Below, in pieces: positions 1-9,341 of a DNA stretch of 64,000 nt; positions within the stretch are counted from its first letter, which is position 1; each line of letters begins with the position of its first letter. The notes below the pieces were generated by a model. It saw only the letters and a program-made list of their open reading frames with translations. It made no database searches and had not been told where the DNA came from. Both the position numbers and the translations under genes were made by a program. This stretch comes from Gloeobacterales cyanobacterium. GTDB taxonomy: Bacteria > Cyanobacteriota > Cyanobacteriia > Gloeobacterales > PMM-0068. The stretch spans positions 1 through 64,000 of the forward strand of contig JBBRSB010000018.1 of assembly GCA_038245785.1 (NCBI GenBank), given 5' to 3'.

Positions 1-111
1 AGGACTATTTTTAAGGAGTCCATCGAGATGACCGATGACATTCTTGATGTTGGTGGATTCGTTATAAGTTGGTAGGACAAGAGAAATCATGGGGCGCTGA
101 GTATCTAGCAT
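1..111 (-). CDS. Glycosyltransferase family 2 protein, N-terminal part (runs off window start)
   Basis: Own minus-strand translation from ATG at 111: MLDTQRPMISLVLPTYNESTNIKNVIGHLDGLLKNSP; ISLVLPTYNE is the typical GT2 N-terminal motif. Not in the ORF track because it is truncated. Confidence 0.8.
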   Translation of the reverse strand, partial: MLDTQRPMISLVLPTYNESTNIKNVIGHLDGLLKNSP

Positions 112-1627
112 TAGGATATTCCTAGGTAAAGTAGATAAGAATTAAGTCACTAAGATTAGAGATTTCTTGCACGGTACGTCTCCGGGATGTAGTCATATAG
201 CACGGGCTCCAGGGTAATGGTAGTCAATGCAATAAGAGTCTCTAGTGTGCAGATCTCCACTGTACTCAATGGAAATATAACCTTTTGTATAGGAGAAGAC
301 TTGGGGGAAGCGACAACTCTCTGAAATCTATACCTAGTGGGTTACCAATAGCAACGTGACACGAAGAGAGATTAACCCTTATGAAGTCACACTCTCCATG
401 CAACAGACTGAAAATAGCATTCTCGCGTTCCCTATAACTCTATAGTCGGACGGATCTCGTGATAAGCAACCAGGGCATAGCGCATGTCCACAATTAACTG
501 TGCAGCAAATTCCTGCGCTATCGTATCGATACTTAGCCTCTTAGATCAGCGGTTCATAGAAAATAGAGTCTCTTTTTGCTTGTAAATAAAGTATGCATAG
601 CTTATTTGAGTATGCGTATTTTAGTTTAACATAAATATATTCATGAAAGCTAAGTTAAAATAACTTTGGATACTAAGTATACAAACTAAATATTTATAGT
701 GCTAGATATTTGCTTGCAGGAGTCATCTTTGGCTCTTTGAAATGAAAACTTATTTGTTGAAATCCTCTGCTCAAGGGATTTGAAGGAAATTGTCTGTTTA
801 AAGTATATAATTGACTATACTAAAAGTGATTATAAATTTTTATATAATTCGCTGGGAAAACATCTTTTTAGCAAATTAACTTTTGAATAAGCATGTTTTA
901 TAAATATACTTTTATTATCCAGTAGTGTTTTCTATTTACAAGATAACTATTATTTAAATAGCTTGTGCAGAGTATTTTTAAAATATTTGTTCAGAAAATC
1001 AGAAAAGTTTATAGATTTGGGGACCTAGAGAACTTAGTATTTTTTAGTCCATACAAGGGGATGCTCATTATTCTCTTCGGTTCTAGGGAATGTTCAAAAA
1101 ATCTAAGATGTACTAGTTATGTAGATTTCTACTCTCTTAAAATCTGAAGAATGATCCTGCTTGGTTTGTCATTTATGCTCAAGCAATATTTCATAGACTA
1201 TCTTTTTGTATATAGTTTGGATTATCTATTACCCTTTTATTACTACTTCTATTAAAAATTAAACCCTCTAAAGCCTATCTAACTAGTAACTTTGCTGATT
1301 AGAGCTAACTTTTAAACTTTTACATTATTTAAATCATAACTGATGCCCTTTCGGAGAAGATTCTGCTTTTAGCTATAGCATAGTGCTCATGGCTCTAAAA
1401 TCCATATTTGTTAGCTGCTTAGTTAGAGATAGCTTCTATTTGTTGTTTGGACTCAATCGACACTCTAATTGAGTCTTGGTACCTACGGCATGTGGCGCTG
1501 TCGTTCTAGGTAATGATGAAAGAAAGCTTGGTTCTGTTACAGCCATTGCAGATACGATACCTAGGCAATTTCATGTTTCTGGTTTCCGGATGGGTCCACC
1601 ATTCCACCCAATAGCCATCATTCCCTG

Positions 1628-1675
1628 TGTGCGTCATGTAGAGACGCGATATATCGCGTCTCTACATGACGCACA
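1628..1675. repeat. Perfect 48-bp palindrome, REP-like (GTAGAGACGCGAT core)
   Basis: tgtgcgtcatgtagagacgcgata|tatcgcgtctctacatgacgcaca; the arms are exact reverse complements. Confidence 0.9.
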
Positions 1676-1892
1676 GCGCAATTTTTTGGGATATTTAGAA
1701 TGGGACCCCATAATGAACCTTCAGGGGAAATGGTGGAACCCACGCCTTTGATTAAGGTTTGTAACCTTACAGGGTAAATCTACTTGCCCTATATAACTAC
1801 CATGTGTTGACTAGGAGATGAAGCGGTTGACTTTGGAAGGGGATTTTGAAAATGGACCTGTATGAGCACCTAAAAGACAGGCAAAATCCCAA

Positions 1893-1920
1893 AACGCACA
1901 TAATGTAAATTATGCGTAGT
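1893..1920. other. dif-like / tyrosine-recombinase target-like site (11-6-11)
   Basis: AACGCACATAA-TGTAAA-TTATGCGTAGT; 19/28 identical to E. coli dif by manual alignment; inner CATAA/TTATG inverted repeat around a 6-bp spacer. Confidence 0.45.
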
Positions 1921-2274
1921 TAAATAGGCCTTTTTGAGAGTAGCTGCTGTAGATGCTTTAAGCCCTGAAAAGCTCTCTGTGAGGCTATTTCAGCTTTTAT
2001 ATGCCAAAAGGCTCACTAACCTCTGGTGAGCGTCCTAACAGTCACTGAAAAGTGCAAAATTAAACGGCTTTTGAGAGCCAAGCAAATTTATGAGGCTCAT
2101 TGATCAATCTGCCGTTGCTTCAGGCAGAGTTTGTCAATAGCTCTGGACGTATCCAACTTTATGGAATCGTTGCGAGATGGGACCTATGGTCAAGCCCGAT
2201 GCTACCTGGCCACACACACTATTTTTAAACAAACAGCATGGATCACTCTTAAAGACATCTCCGCGTCTATTGCC

Positions 2275-2736
2275 CTATTCTTTATAAGGTCTTCCACAGT
2301 GTGGGCAGAAACGGAATCGGAAAGAGGCAATAGCCTCTCCACATCCGGCACAGCGGCTCCGCAAGCCTGTTCCGCAAGCAAAGCAAAACTTCGATCGGGA
2401 GTTGTTCCATATAGCTTCCGGTTCGGTACCCGCTATCCAGCAGTTGGGGCAAATCTTGAGCGTTTGCGCGATCGCTGGAGTCACCACACCGGAGAGCTTG
2501 TCTAGATATTCCTCTGGCACTTCTAAAGCACTCGCCAAAGCTCGTCGCGTTTTCTGATTTAGGCGAGCAGTTTTGCCCCGCTCTATCTTGCCCAAACTTT
2601 GTAGATGAAGTCCGGATTTCTCTGCTAGCTCTTTTTGACTAAGCGCAAGATGGCCACGAATCCGTCGAATATATTCGGCAAGGGACTCTTCAGGACTTGG
2701 AGCACTATCTTTCTGAGAGAAAATGTACATAATCAA
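2275..2736 (-). CDS. XRE-family HTH regulator with C-terminal double zinc ribbon
   Basis: LSQKELAEKSGLHLQSLGKIERG HTH; four CxxC motifs (CPNC, CFAC, CAGC, CPHC). Confidence 0.9.
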   Translation of the reverse strand: MIMYIFSQKDSAPSPEESLAEYIRRIRGHLALSQKELAEKSGLHLQSLGKIERGKTARLNQKTRRALASALEVPEEYLDKLSGVVTPAIAQTLKICPNCWIAGTEPEAIWNNSRSKFCFACGTGLRSRCAGCGEAIASFRFRFCPHCGRPYKE

Positions 2737-2795
2737 CTATGAATATATTCTTTATAAGTATATAGTGTTCTCTTAGTATTCATAAAATATTTTGT

Positions 2796-3677
2796 ATGAC
2801 TATTACACTTGCTAGAGTAGCCACAGAATTTTTGGAACGTCCAGAAATAGCAGCATCAACCTTAAAGTCTTATGAGCTCACCCTGCTTTCTCTAGTTAAA
2901 GAGTATGGACGTTGGCCTATAGATTTAATGAGTCGGCAAATGTTAGAAGGCTATATCAATCGGCTTACTGGCCTATCTTTGAACACCCGTCATCGCCATC
3001 GCACTATTATCCAAGCTCTATTTAATTTCGCTGTTGAAAAAGATTACTTAAGCTCCAATCCACTGCCTCGTTTTAAGCAGTCTCCGATGGCGCAGAAGTC
3101 CACCACCGTGAGGTTCTTTAGTTCAGAACAAATGGCTACGCTGTACTACCGAGTGGCCCCTGATTTGCGTATGTATGCCCTTATAAGTCTATTGCATCGT
3201 AGTGGAGCTACCGTTACTGAACTATTAGCCCTTGATCTTGTTGATCTAGACAGGGTGAATCGCAAATTTCAGGTAACTGGTCGAGGAAATCGGCAACGTT
3301 TCTGCTTCTATAATGCAGACACAGCAGAAATTCTAGAGCGTTACATCACATCAGAGCGTTCCTCCGATTGCTCGCCTCTATTTACGGTTGAACAATATTT
3401 CAGCAAGCAAGTGAGCCGTCTGAGTTACCGCACAGTCCATAAATACTGGAAAGACCTTACTGTACATGATGCAGCGATAAAAAATATGCGTATCTCGGAT
3501 CTTCGTAATATATTTATAAATGAGCGCATAAAGCTTATGAGCGCTGAGGAAATTAATATACTACTTGGAACTAAGTCTATAAAAGTAGGATCGTTTAGGG
3601 AAAATGGTATGCATAAAAAAGCTGAATATATTGCTCAAAAAGCTTTTTCAATATTGAATTCTAAAAATATACTATAA
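2796..3677 (+). CDS. Tyrosine recombinase/integrase-like protein with degenerate catalytic residues
   Basis: SAM-like N-terminus (ALFNFAVEKDYLSSNP), VTGRGNRQR, DLR box II; catalytic boxes read SGATVTE, ISDLRN, LLGTKS. Confidence 0.8.
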   Translation: MTITLARVATEFLERPEIAASTLKSYELTLLSLVKEYGRWPIDLMSRQMLEGYINRLTGLSLNTRHRHRTIIQALFNFAVEKDYLSSNPLPRFKQSPMAQKSTTVRFFSSEQMATLYYRVAPDLRMYALISLLHRSGATVTELLALDLVDLDRVNRKFQVTGRGNRQRFCFYNADTAEILERYITSERSSDCSPLFTVEQYFSKQVSRLSYRTVHKYWKDLTVHDAAIKNMRISDLRNIFINERIKLMSAEEINILLGTKSIKVGSFRENGMHKKAEYIAQKAFSILNSKNIL

Positions 3678-3736
3678 GTTATTTGAATATTAATTTTGTG
3701 TGTTTATACAGAGTATTTAAAATACTCTGTATCATT

Positions 3737-3892
3737 TCAGATGATGATTTGGGCACACGTAGAGGTATTCACCGGATTTATGGCTTAGCCGAGCTTCCTG
3801 ATAAAAAGACTGTAGAAAAAATAGGGCTTCCATGGTTGCCCTATTCCACCATTGCCTCCTGGTATCTGTGGCAAAGTTTAGCGTCTAAGTAA
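3737..3892 (+). pseudogene. C-terminal fragment of AlkA/HhH-GPD DNA-3-methyladenine glycosylase
   Basis: DDLGTRRGIHRIYGL...WLPYSTIASWYLWQSL matches the AlkA-family C-terminus; no N-terminal part upstream. Confidence 0.7.
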
Positions 3893-3986
3893 AATTGCCC
3901 GCTACTGAGAAAAGCTACGGTAAGTGATTACTCATGACAGGAGTATGTAGAGTTTGGCATGATGTTTCACTAACTGCTAGCAAGCA

Positions 3987-4262
3987 ATGCCCATGCCTAA
4001 TATTGAGATCTCTCTATCTGAATCGGCACAAGCCTATGTTGAACAACAAGTTGCTAGTCAGGGCTATAGTTCGATCAGCGCATATTTTGAAGAGCTAGTC
4101 CGTCGCGATCAGGCAAATAAAAATTTTAAAAGCCTCAAAGACCTTTTGGAAGAAAGTTTGGATTCTGGAGTGGCTACTCCGATAACCGTTCAGGATTGGG
4201 GGGCTATTCGATATGCTTTACGAGAGAGCACTACACAGGGTCAGAATCCACCCAATGCCTGA
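3987..4262 (+). CDS. ParD-like (CC2985-type) RHH antitoxin
   Basis: ISLSE..AYVEQQVASQGYSSISAYFEELVRRDQ; overlaps a ParE-like gene. Confidence 0.85.
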   Translation: MPMPNIEISLSESAQAYVEQQVASQGYSSISAYFEELVRRDQANKNFKSLKDLLEESLDSGVATPITVQDWGAIRYALRESTTQGQNPPNA

Positions 4263-4578
4263 AATTAGTAAACATCCCATAGTCATTCGTGACTTAATCG
4301 AGCTAGCCACAGCTATTGCAAAGGATAACCTGAGTGCTGCGGAGCGCTTTCTGATCCTCGCAGAAGAAACATTTAAGTTGTTAGATAAGTTGCCAGGCAT
4401 TGGGCAATCTGCTGAGCTATCCGATCCTAAATTTGCAGATGTGCGACAACATCCGATGGAAGGATTTAGGCGTTATCTCGTCTTTTACCGTGCTACTGAT
4501 CGGGGTATCGAGATTCTGCGGGTTCTGCATGAAACAGCGGCATTGCCGGTATCTATAGACGAAAATACGAACATATAA
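4255..4578 (+). CDS. ParE/RelE family toxin
   Basis: RDLIELATAIAKDNLSAAERF...YLVFYR...IEILRVLH; ATG at 4255 overlaps the antitoxin stop. Confidence 0.85.
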   Translation: MPEISKHPIVIRDLIELATAIAKDNLSAAERFLILAEETFKLLDKLPGIGQSAELSDPKFADVRQHPMEGFRRYLVFYRATDRGIEILRVLHETAALPVSIDENTNI

Positions 4579-4605
4579 ACACCTCAGCTTGATGCGATAG
4601 GGTAT

Positions 4606-5454
4606 TCATTCTGAAATAAAGCAGTCTGGACAAGAGATGTCTTGTTGATAGTAAACAGAAGCTTTATCGGCTTCTGATATAGGATTTCCACAAGCTTGGC
4701 ACAAATCATAGGAACCAACGGCCAGGCTATGGTCAATTGCTACTCGCTGATCAAAAACAAAACACTCTCCCTGCCAAAGGCTCTCTTCTAAAGGAACTTC
4801 TTCCAAGTATTTAAGAATGCCTCCTTGCAGGTGATATACCTCCTGAAATCCATGCGCTAAAAGAAAAGAAGAGGCTTTTTCACATCGGATACCGCCTGTA
4901 CAAAAAAGGGCTACTTTTTGATGCTGCTTAGGATTTAAGCGATTTCGAACATAGTTAGGAAATTCTCGGAATGAGCCCGTGTGTGGGTTTTCTGCCCTTA
5001 TAAACGTGCCTAACTTCACTTCAAACTCATTGCGCGTGTCCAGGACGAGCACTTCTGGGTCTGAGATCAAAGCGTTCCACGCCTGGGGGCGGACATAGGT
5101 GCCTACTGCTCGATTTGGATCGATCCCAGGCATGCCTAAGGTGACAATCTCTTTTTTCAGGCGCACTTTGAGTCGTTCAAAAATTGGACCGTCTGCGTAG
5201 GACTCTTTATGTTTAAGGTCTGCTAATCGTGGATCAGAACGCAGAAAAGAAAGCATCGCATTGATGGCTTGGCGTGTACCGCTAATCGTCGCATTAATTC
5301 CTTCATGCGCCAGCAAAATCGTTCCTTTGATGTCCTGCTCCTGACAGTAGAGAAGCAAGGATTCTCGCTTCTCTACACAGTCTGCCAACGGTACGAACTT
5401 ATAAAAGGCAGCAACGACTTGAGGTTTCGTTTTCATAGCATCAGGTGTCATCAA
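4606..5454 (-). CDS. trhO: Rhodanese-related tRNA uridine(34) hydroxylase (TrhO/YceA, UPF0176)
   Basis: FYKF...[16 protein letters not shown]...[24 protein letters not shown] motifs. Confidence 0.9.
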   Translation of the reverse strand: MMTPDAMKTKPQVVAAFYKFVPLADCVEKRESLLLYCQEQDIKGTILLAHEGINATISGTRQAINAMLSFLRSDPRLADLKHKESYADGPIFERLKVRLKKEIVTLGMPGIDPNRAVGTYVRPQAWNALISDPEVLVLDTRNEFEVKLGTFIRAENPHTGSFREFPNYVRNRLNPKQHQKVALFCTGGIRCEKASSFLLAHGFQEVYHLQGGILKYLEEVPLEESLWQGECFVFDQRVAIDHSLAVGSYDLCQACGNPISEADKASVYYQQDISCPDCFISE

Positions 5455-5474
5455 AGTTTCGATAGAGATAGCCC

Positions 5475-6335
5475 CTAGAATTTTAAAGTTTCTCCCACCT
5501 GCATCACCTTCATCTGGCTCTTCACACCCTTACGCTTCAAAGATTCTTGTAGAGCATTTGGGGTGCCCGTCAAGGCAGGAAAAGTACCAAAGTGCATAGG
5601 AATAATAGTATCGGGTTTGACTAAATTTGCTGCTTCCGCTGCCCGCTCAGGACCCATAGTAAAGTGATCACCAATACAGGCCAGCATGACGTTCACTCTA
5701 TGAAAATGCGGAATCAAAGCCATGTCCGCGAATAAATCAGTGTCTCCAGTATGGTAAAAAGTCGGGCCATTTTTCACCATAATGAGAAAACCTCCAGGAT
5801 TGCCAGCACTGTGAAAATCTTCATTTTCCTGTGCTCCTCCAAAGGCAACAGTAGAACTATGGACGGCAGGAATAAAGGCAATTTCAACTTCACCACCTAA
5901 AAGCGTTAATTTGCCGCCAAAGTTTCCCTGGGTATCGAAGGTAGCCAGGTCCTTTGGATAACCTTTGTATTTAGTCATGGCCTGCCCTAAGTCAAAGGTC
6001 GATACTAGCTGCGCTTTAGTCTTTTTAGCAATCTCTGTTGCGTCTCCAATATGGTCGAAATGACCATGAGAGACAAGGATCAGGTCGGCTCGATTGAGTG
6101 TGGCGAGGTCCTCCTTACCGTTCTTGTTCGTAGGATTAGTAATCCATGGGTCAAGCAGGAGCACTTTGCCAGAGGGTGTCGTAATTTTGAAGGCCGCATG
6201 TCCATACCAAAGCAGTTGCGTTTTATTGGCTGTTTGAGCCATAACTCCTGACGTATGAGTACCCCAAATCAGAGACAACAGAACAAGAAACTTGAGGGCT
6301 CGATCTAATAAACTGCTCACACACTCCTCCTTCAC
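5475..6335 (-). CDS. Metal-dependent hydrolase, metallo-beta-lactamase fold (UPF0173-like), with predicted signal peptide
   Basis: [28 protein letters not shown]; hydrophobic N-terminus ending VMA. Confidence 0.85.
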   Translation of the reverse strand: MKEECVSSLLDRALKFLVLLSLIWGTHTSGVMAQTANKTQLLWYGHAAFKITTPSGKVLLLDPWITNPTNKNGKEDLATLNRADLILVSHGHFDHIGDATEIAKKTKAQLVSTFDLGQAMTKYKGYPKDLATFDTQGNFGGKLTLLGGEVEIAFIPAVHSSTVAFGGAQENEDFHSAGNPGGFLIMVKNGPTFYHTGDTDLFADMALIPHFHRVNVMLACIGDHFTMGPERAAEAANLVKPDTIIPMHFGTFPALTGTPNALQESLKRKGVKSQMKVMQVGETLKF

Positions 6336-6364
6336 TGCTGATGAGATTTGAATGTCTCGGATAG

Positions 6365-7075
6365 CTATGTCTTTTCCGATTGGATCGTATTTGCCGATTG
6401 GTTAAATAACAAGGCGCGCGACTTTTCGATATCGAGTGCTTGTTCTTTGAATGCTTCTGCCTTCTCGTAGGCCCGGATGGTCGCTGGGCGTATTTGAATG
6501 GCTTCGAACCAACGCTTTAAGTTTGGAAAGTTCTCCAATTTCTGGCCTTGGCGCTCGTAGGGAATAATCCAGGGATAAGAGGCTATATCAGCAATCGAGT
6601 AAAAGTTACCCGCAATAAATTCGCGGTCGCTCAAGCGCTTATCCAGCACTGCATATAGGCGTCCAGTCTCATTGACGTAGCGGTTGATCGCATAGTCAAT
6701 TTTCTCTGGCGCATATTGACTGAAATGATGGTTTTGTCCAGCCATGGGACCCAGCCCTCCCATTTGCCAGAATAACCACTGCAAGACTTCAACCCGCTCA
6801 CGCACATCCGTTGAGATAAACTTTCCCGTCTTTTCTGCTAAGTAGAGGAGGATAGCGCCCGATTCAAAAACCGAAATGGGCGCATCGCCTGTACTCGGCT
6901 GATGGTCAATAATGGCGGGTATACGATTATTGGGTGCAATCTTCAAAAAGTCGGGTTTAAACTGGTCACCCGCACCAATATTGATCGGCACAATCGTATA
7001 GGGCAATCCTACTTCTTCCAAAAACATTGTAATTTTGTGACCGTTTGGGGTCATCCAGTAGAAAAGTTCAATCAT
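6365..7075 (-). CDS. Glutathione S-transferase / disulfide-bond oxidoreductase (YfcG-like)
   Basis: TPNGHK, PNNRIPAI, FESGAILLYLAEK, QMGGLGPMAGQ; start taken at ATG 7075 behind an AGGAG RBS. Confidence 0.9.
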   Translation of the reverse strand: MIELFYWMTPNGHKITMFLEEVGLPYTIVPINIGAGDQFKPDFLKIAPNNRIPAIIDHQPSTGDAPISVFESGAILLYLAEKTGKFISTDVRERVEVLQWLFWQMGGLGPMAGQNHHFSQYAPEKIDYAINRYVNETGRLYAVLDKRLSDREFIAGNFYSIADIASYPWIIPYERQGQKLENFPNLKRWFEAIQIRPATIRAYEKAEAFKEQALDIEKSRALLFNQSANTIQSEKT

Positions 7076-7171
7076 CGTTTTATCTCCTACTACAAATGAG
7101 CTCACACCAATGCGAGAGCCCATCTGCTTATATGCCAGAGGAAATCTCTGGGTCTAAGTGCACTACGTGAC

Positions 7172-7495
7172 TTAAAGGTGCTTTTCTACCGCGTTGGTTA
7201 AGGTCGTTTTTGGTACAGCACCTACCACCTGATCAACCACCTTTCCATCTTTGAAGATGATCAGGGTCGGAATGCTGCGGATGCTATATTCTTTGGCAAT
7301 ACCGGGACTTTCATCCGTATTCACCTTTACAACCTTGAGTTGTCCGTCGTACTGAGTAGCCACTTCATCTACTACAGGAGCAACCATGCGGCAAGGACCG
7401 CACCAAGGGGCCCAAAAGTCCACGAGCACAGGAAGTTTACTATCGATGACTTCCTCTTGGAACGTAGAATCTGTAATAGCTACAACTGATGACAT
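7172..7495 (-). CDS. trxA: Thioredoxin
   Basis: [11 protein letters not shown] active site, SIPT, GAVPK. Confidence 0.97.
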   Translation of the reverse strand: MSSVVAITDSTFQEEVIDSKLPVLVDFWAPWCGPCRMVAPVVDEVATQYDGQLKVVKVNTDESPGIAKEYSIRSIPTLIIFKDGKVVDQVVGAVPKTTLTNAVEKHL

Positions 7496-7514
7496 TAACG
7501 CCCTCCTTTGGTTA

Positions 7515-7531
7515 GTTCGACATTCTCGAAC
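7515..7531. promoter_or_regulatory. Inverted repeat GTTCGA-N5-TCGAAC, putative RexT operator
   Basis: Perfect 6-bp inverted repeat in the 77-bp gap between divergent trxA and the ArsR gene. Confidence 0.6.
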
Positions 7532-7572
7532 AATTAGACTATAGCGTTTGCTATGACATAATTACAAGTATT

Positions 7573-7899
7573 ATGAGGCCCATTTATCACCCAGACAAAA
7601 AAGATATTTCCTTGGCAGGGGTCCTCTATGCCTTGGGAGACCCTGTGCGCCTAGAAATTGTGCGGTGCTTGGCCGAACGCGGAGCGCTACCCTGCTGCGC
7701 TTTATCGGTCCCTGTTGCCAAGTCCACCCTTTCTCACCACTTTAAAATACTACGGGAATCTGGCGTACTCCTCTGTCGCAAGGACGGTACCCAACATATC
7801 AACTCTTTACGCCGTGAAGATCTAGATATGCTCTTTCCCGGTCTTTTGGCTGCTGTATTGAGCTACGGCATCCAAGCCAGTGTTGAGGCCCCGCTTTAA
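7573..7899 (+). CDS. rexT: Redox-sensing ArsR/SmtB repressor (RexT-like)
   Basis: VLYALGDPVRLEIV, vicinal CC, AKSTLSHHFKILRESGV; divergent from trxA as for Anabaena rexT/trxA2. Confidence 0.8.
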   Translation: MRPIYHPDKKDISLAGVLYALGDPVRLEIVRCLAERGALPCCALSVPVAKSTLSHHFKILRESGVLLCRKDGTQHINSLRREDLDMLFPGLLAAVLSYGIQASVEAPL

Positions 7900-8559
7900 A
7901 TAGTGCACGGCTGAAGGCTGTTACACTGCTTCTCTAAGGTTTTTGGTAGTGGCAAGCCGGTTTTCTCTGCAGCCTTCAGCCAGAATGTCAATCATATCTA
8001 TAAGCTAGTAGAAAGCTTGCAATTGATGCGTAAACAGTTCAGTTCCATACATAAAAGCTATCATTCTTAGAGTTGGTCCTTTTGACTACGCCTTTACGTT
8101 AGTCTTTCTAAAACTTGCGATATCTTCATCATTTTAAATGCCAATTTTTGTATAACTAGTTGCATTTTTGAGCTTCAGTTCCTATGAATCTAGCGGCACA
8201 GAGATTCGCTAAGGTGAGATTTTTCTTGGAAATACCCGGTTAATTGGTCAAAAGTTTGCTCTAAACCGAATAGAGGTCTCTAGAAGCCTTTACCGATAAA
8301 TTCGCAGAAAGATACCCTTTTTCCTATATGAATATAACTATAAGTAATTAATATTTATATCTCTTAGGGCCATACTTATTGCCTGATTATTTTCCTTGGC
8401 TCCTCACAAATATGAAGATCTCAAAATTTCTGCTCCAACCTGATCCCTGTTCCTAAGAAAAGACTATAACCAAGAGAGGGAGTCAATTTTCTGGGGTCAG
8501 AGAAAGATTAGCCTTCCTGCTTTAGGTGGCAGGAAATATCAGTTTGGAGAGGTAACGAA

Positions 8560-8787
8560 ATGGCACAAAAGTTAATAGAAAAGCAAGTTACGGATAAAGA
8601 AATGATTGAAGAAAAAATTTACTTAGAGCTGACTACACGCCCTCGCTCTATTGTGCAACTGAGTCAAGACCTTCCTTTAGCGCCCTGGAAAATTTTTCGG
8701 GCCGTGCATGAACTAGATAAGGTTGGCAGAGCGGCTTACTTGCCTGCACGGGGACATTGGGTGGTTACAGATTTATCAAATGCTTAG
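8560..8787 (+). CDS. Small hypothetical protein, possible winged HTH
   Basis: GAGG RBS before ATG; RSIVQLSQDL...IFRAVHELDKVG pattern. Confidence 0.6.
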   Translation: MAQKLIEKQVTDKEMIEEKIYLELTTRPRSIVQLSQDLPLAPWKIFRAVHELDKVGRAAYLPARGHWVVTDLSNA

Positions 8788-8960
8788 AGCCGATTGATTT
8801 TGCGCCTACGACAAGCCAACTTATAGAGGATCTGGAGATTACTATAGGAAGGGCTTATGTCAATGATTAGGAAATCATATAGTTCTTGAATTTGGTATCA
8901 AAATATACAAAATTGCTTTTCAGAACTTAATATTCTATGTAAAGAAGCTGATACATAACG

Positions 8961-9341
8961 ATGTACTTTCCAACGTCGTCCTGTAGCTCTTCTCCTAAAG
9001 TTACTGAATCAAAAATGAAAGCCTGCGCCCCTCCTGAACGCTTGAAGCAGTACATCTCTCCTGCTCCTGCCTATCCTCGCAAAAACCTCTTGAGCCCTCT
9101 AAGCAACTGGTTTGAAGCCTTAGAGGTAAGCAGCCCAAAAATGGCCCATTGGATTTGTAAACTCATCCCCTCCCAATGCCCTTTTGAACGGGATGTCCAA
9201 CTATTCGGACGGACGCTTCTTCATATTCCCCCCATGTGCAAACTTAATCCTTTCTACGAGCAGTTTGTCGTGCTGCGCTTCCGGGCTTTAACCTTCCTGG
9301 CAGACCAATGCGGCGAAGATGTTACTAAATATTGCCGCTAA
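8961..9341 (+). CDS. Mo-dependent nitrogenase C-terminal domain protein (cyanobacterial, function unknown)
   Basis: IPSQCPFERD..LFG....HIPPMCKLNPFYEQ..LRFRAL.FLADQCGED signature. Confidence 0.9.
   Translation: MYFPTSSCSSSPKVTESKMKACAPPERLKQYISPAPAYPRKNLLSPLSNWFEALEVSSPKMAHWICKLIPSQCPFERDVQLFGRTLLHIPPMCKLNPFYEQFVVLRFRALTFLADQCGEDVTKYCR

Noticed and set aside
965..2505. ORFs 965-1147, 1476-1751 and 2131-2505 from the track
   Set aside because: No recognisable motifs; one spans the palindrome and one is antisense to the HTH-zinc-ribbon gene. Likely spurious.
2275..4578. Intact prophage or integrative element
   Set aside because: The recombinase lacks catalytic residues; no phage or conjugation genes and no flanking direct repeats seen.
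8402..8420. CCTCACAA as a seventh regulon box
   Set aside because: Only one half-site; no second CCTCA at 11-bp spacing and no matching -10 geometry.
8961..9341. Evidence of nitrogen fixation from the 'Mo-dependent nitrogenase C-terminal' domain
   Set aside because: This domain is widespread in non-diazotrophic cyanobacteria; no nif genes in the window.
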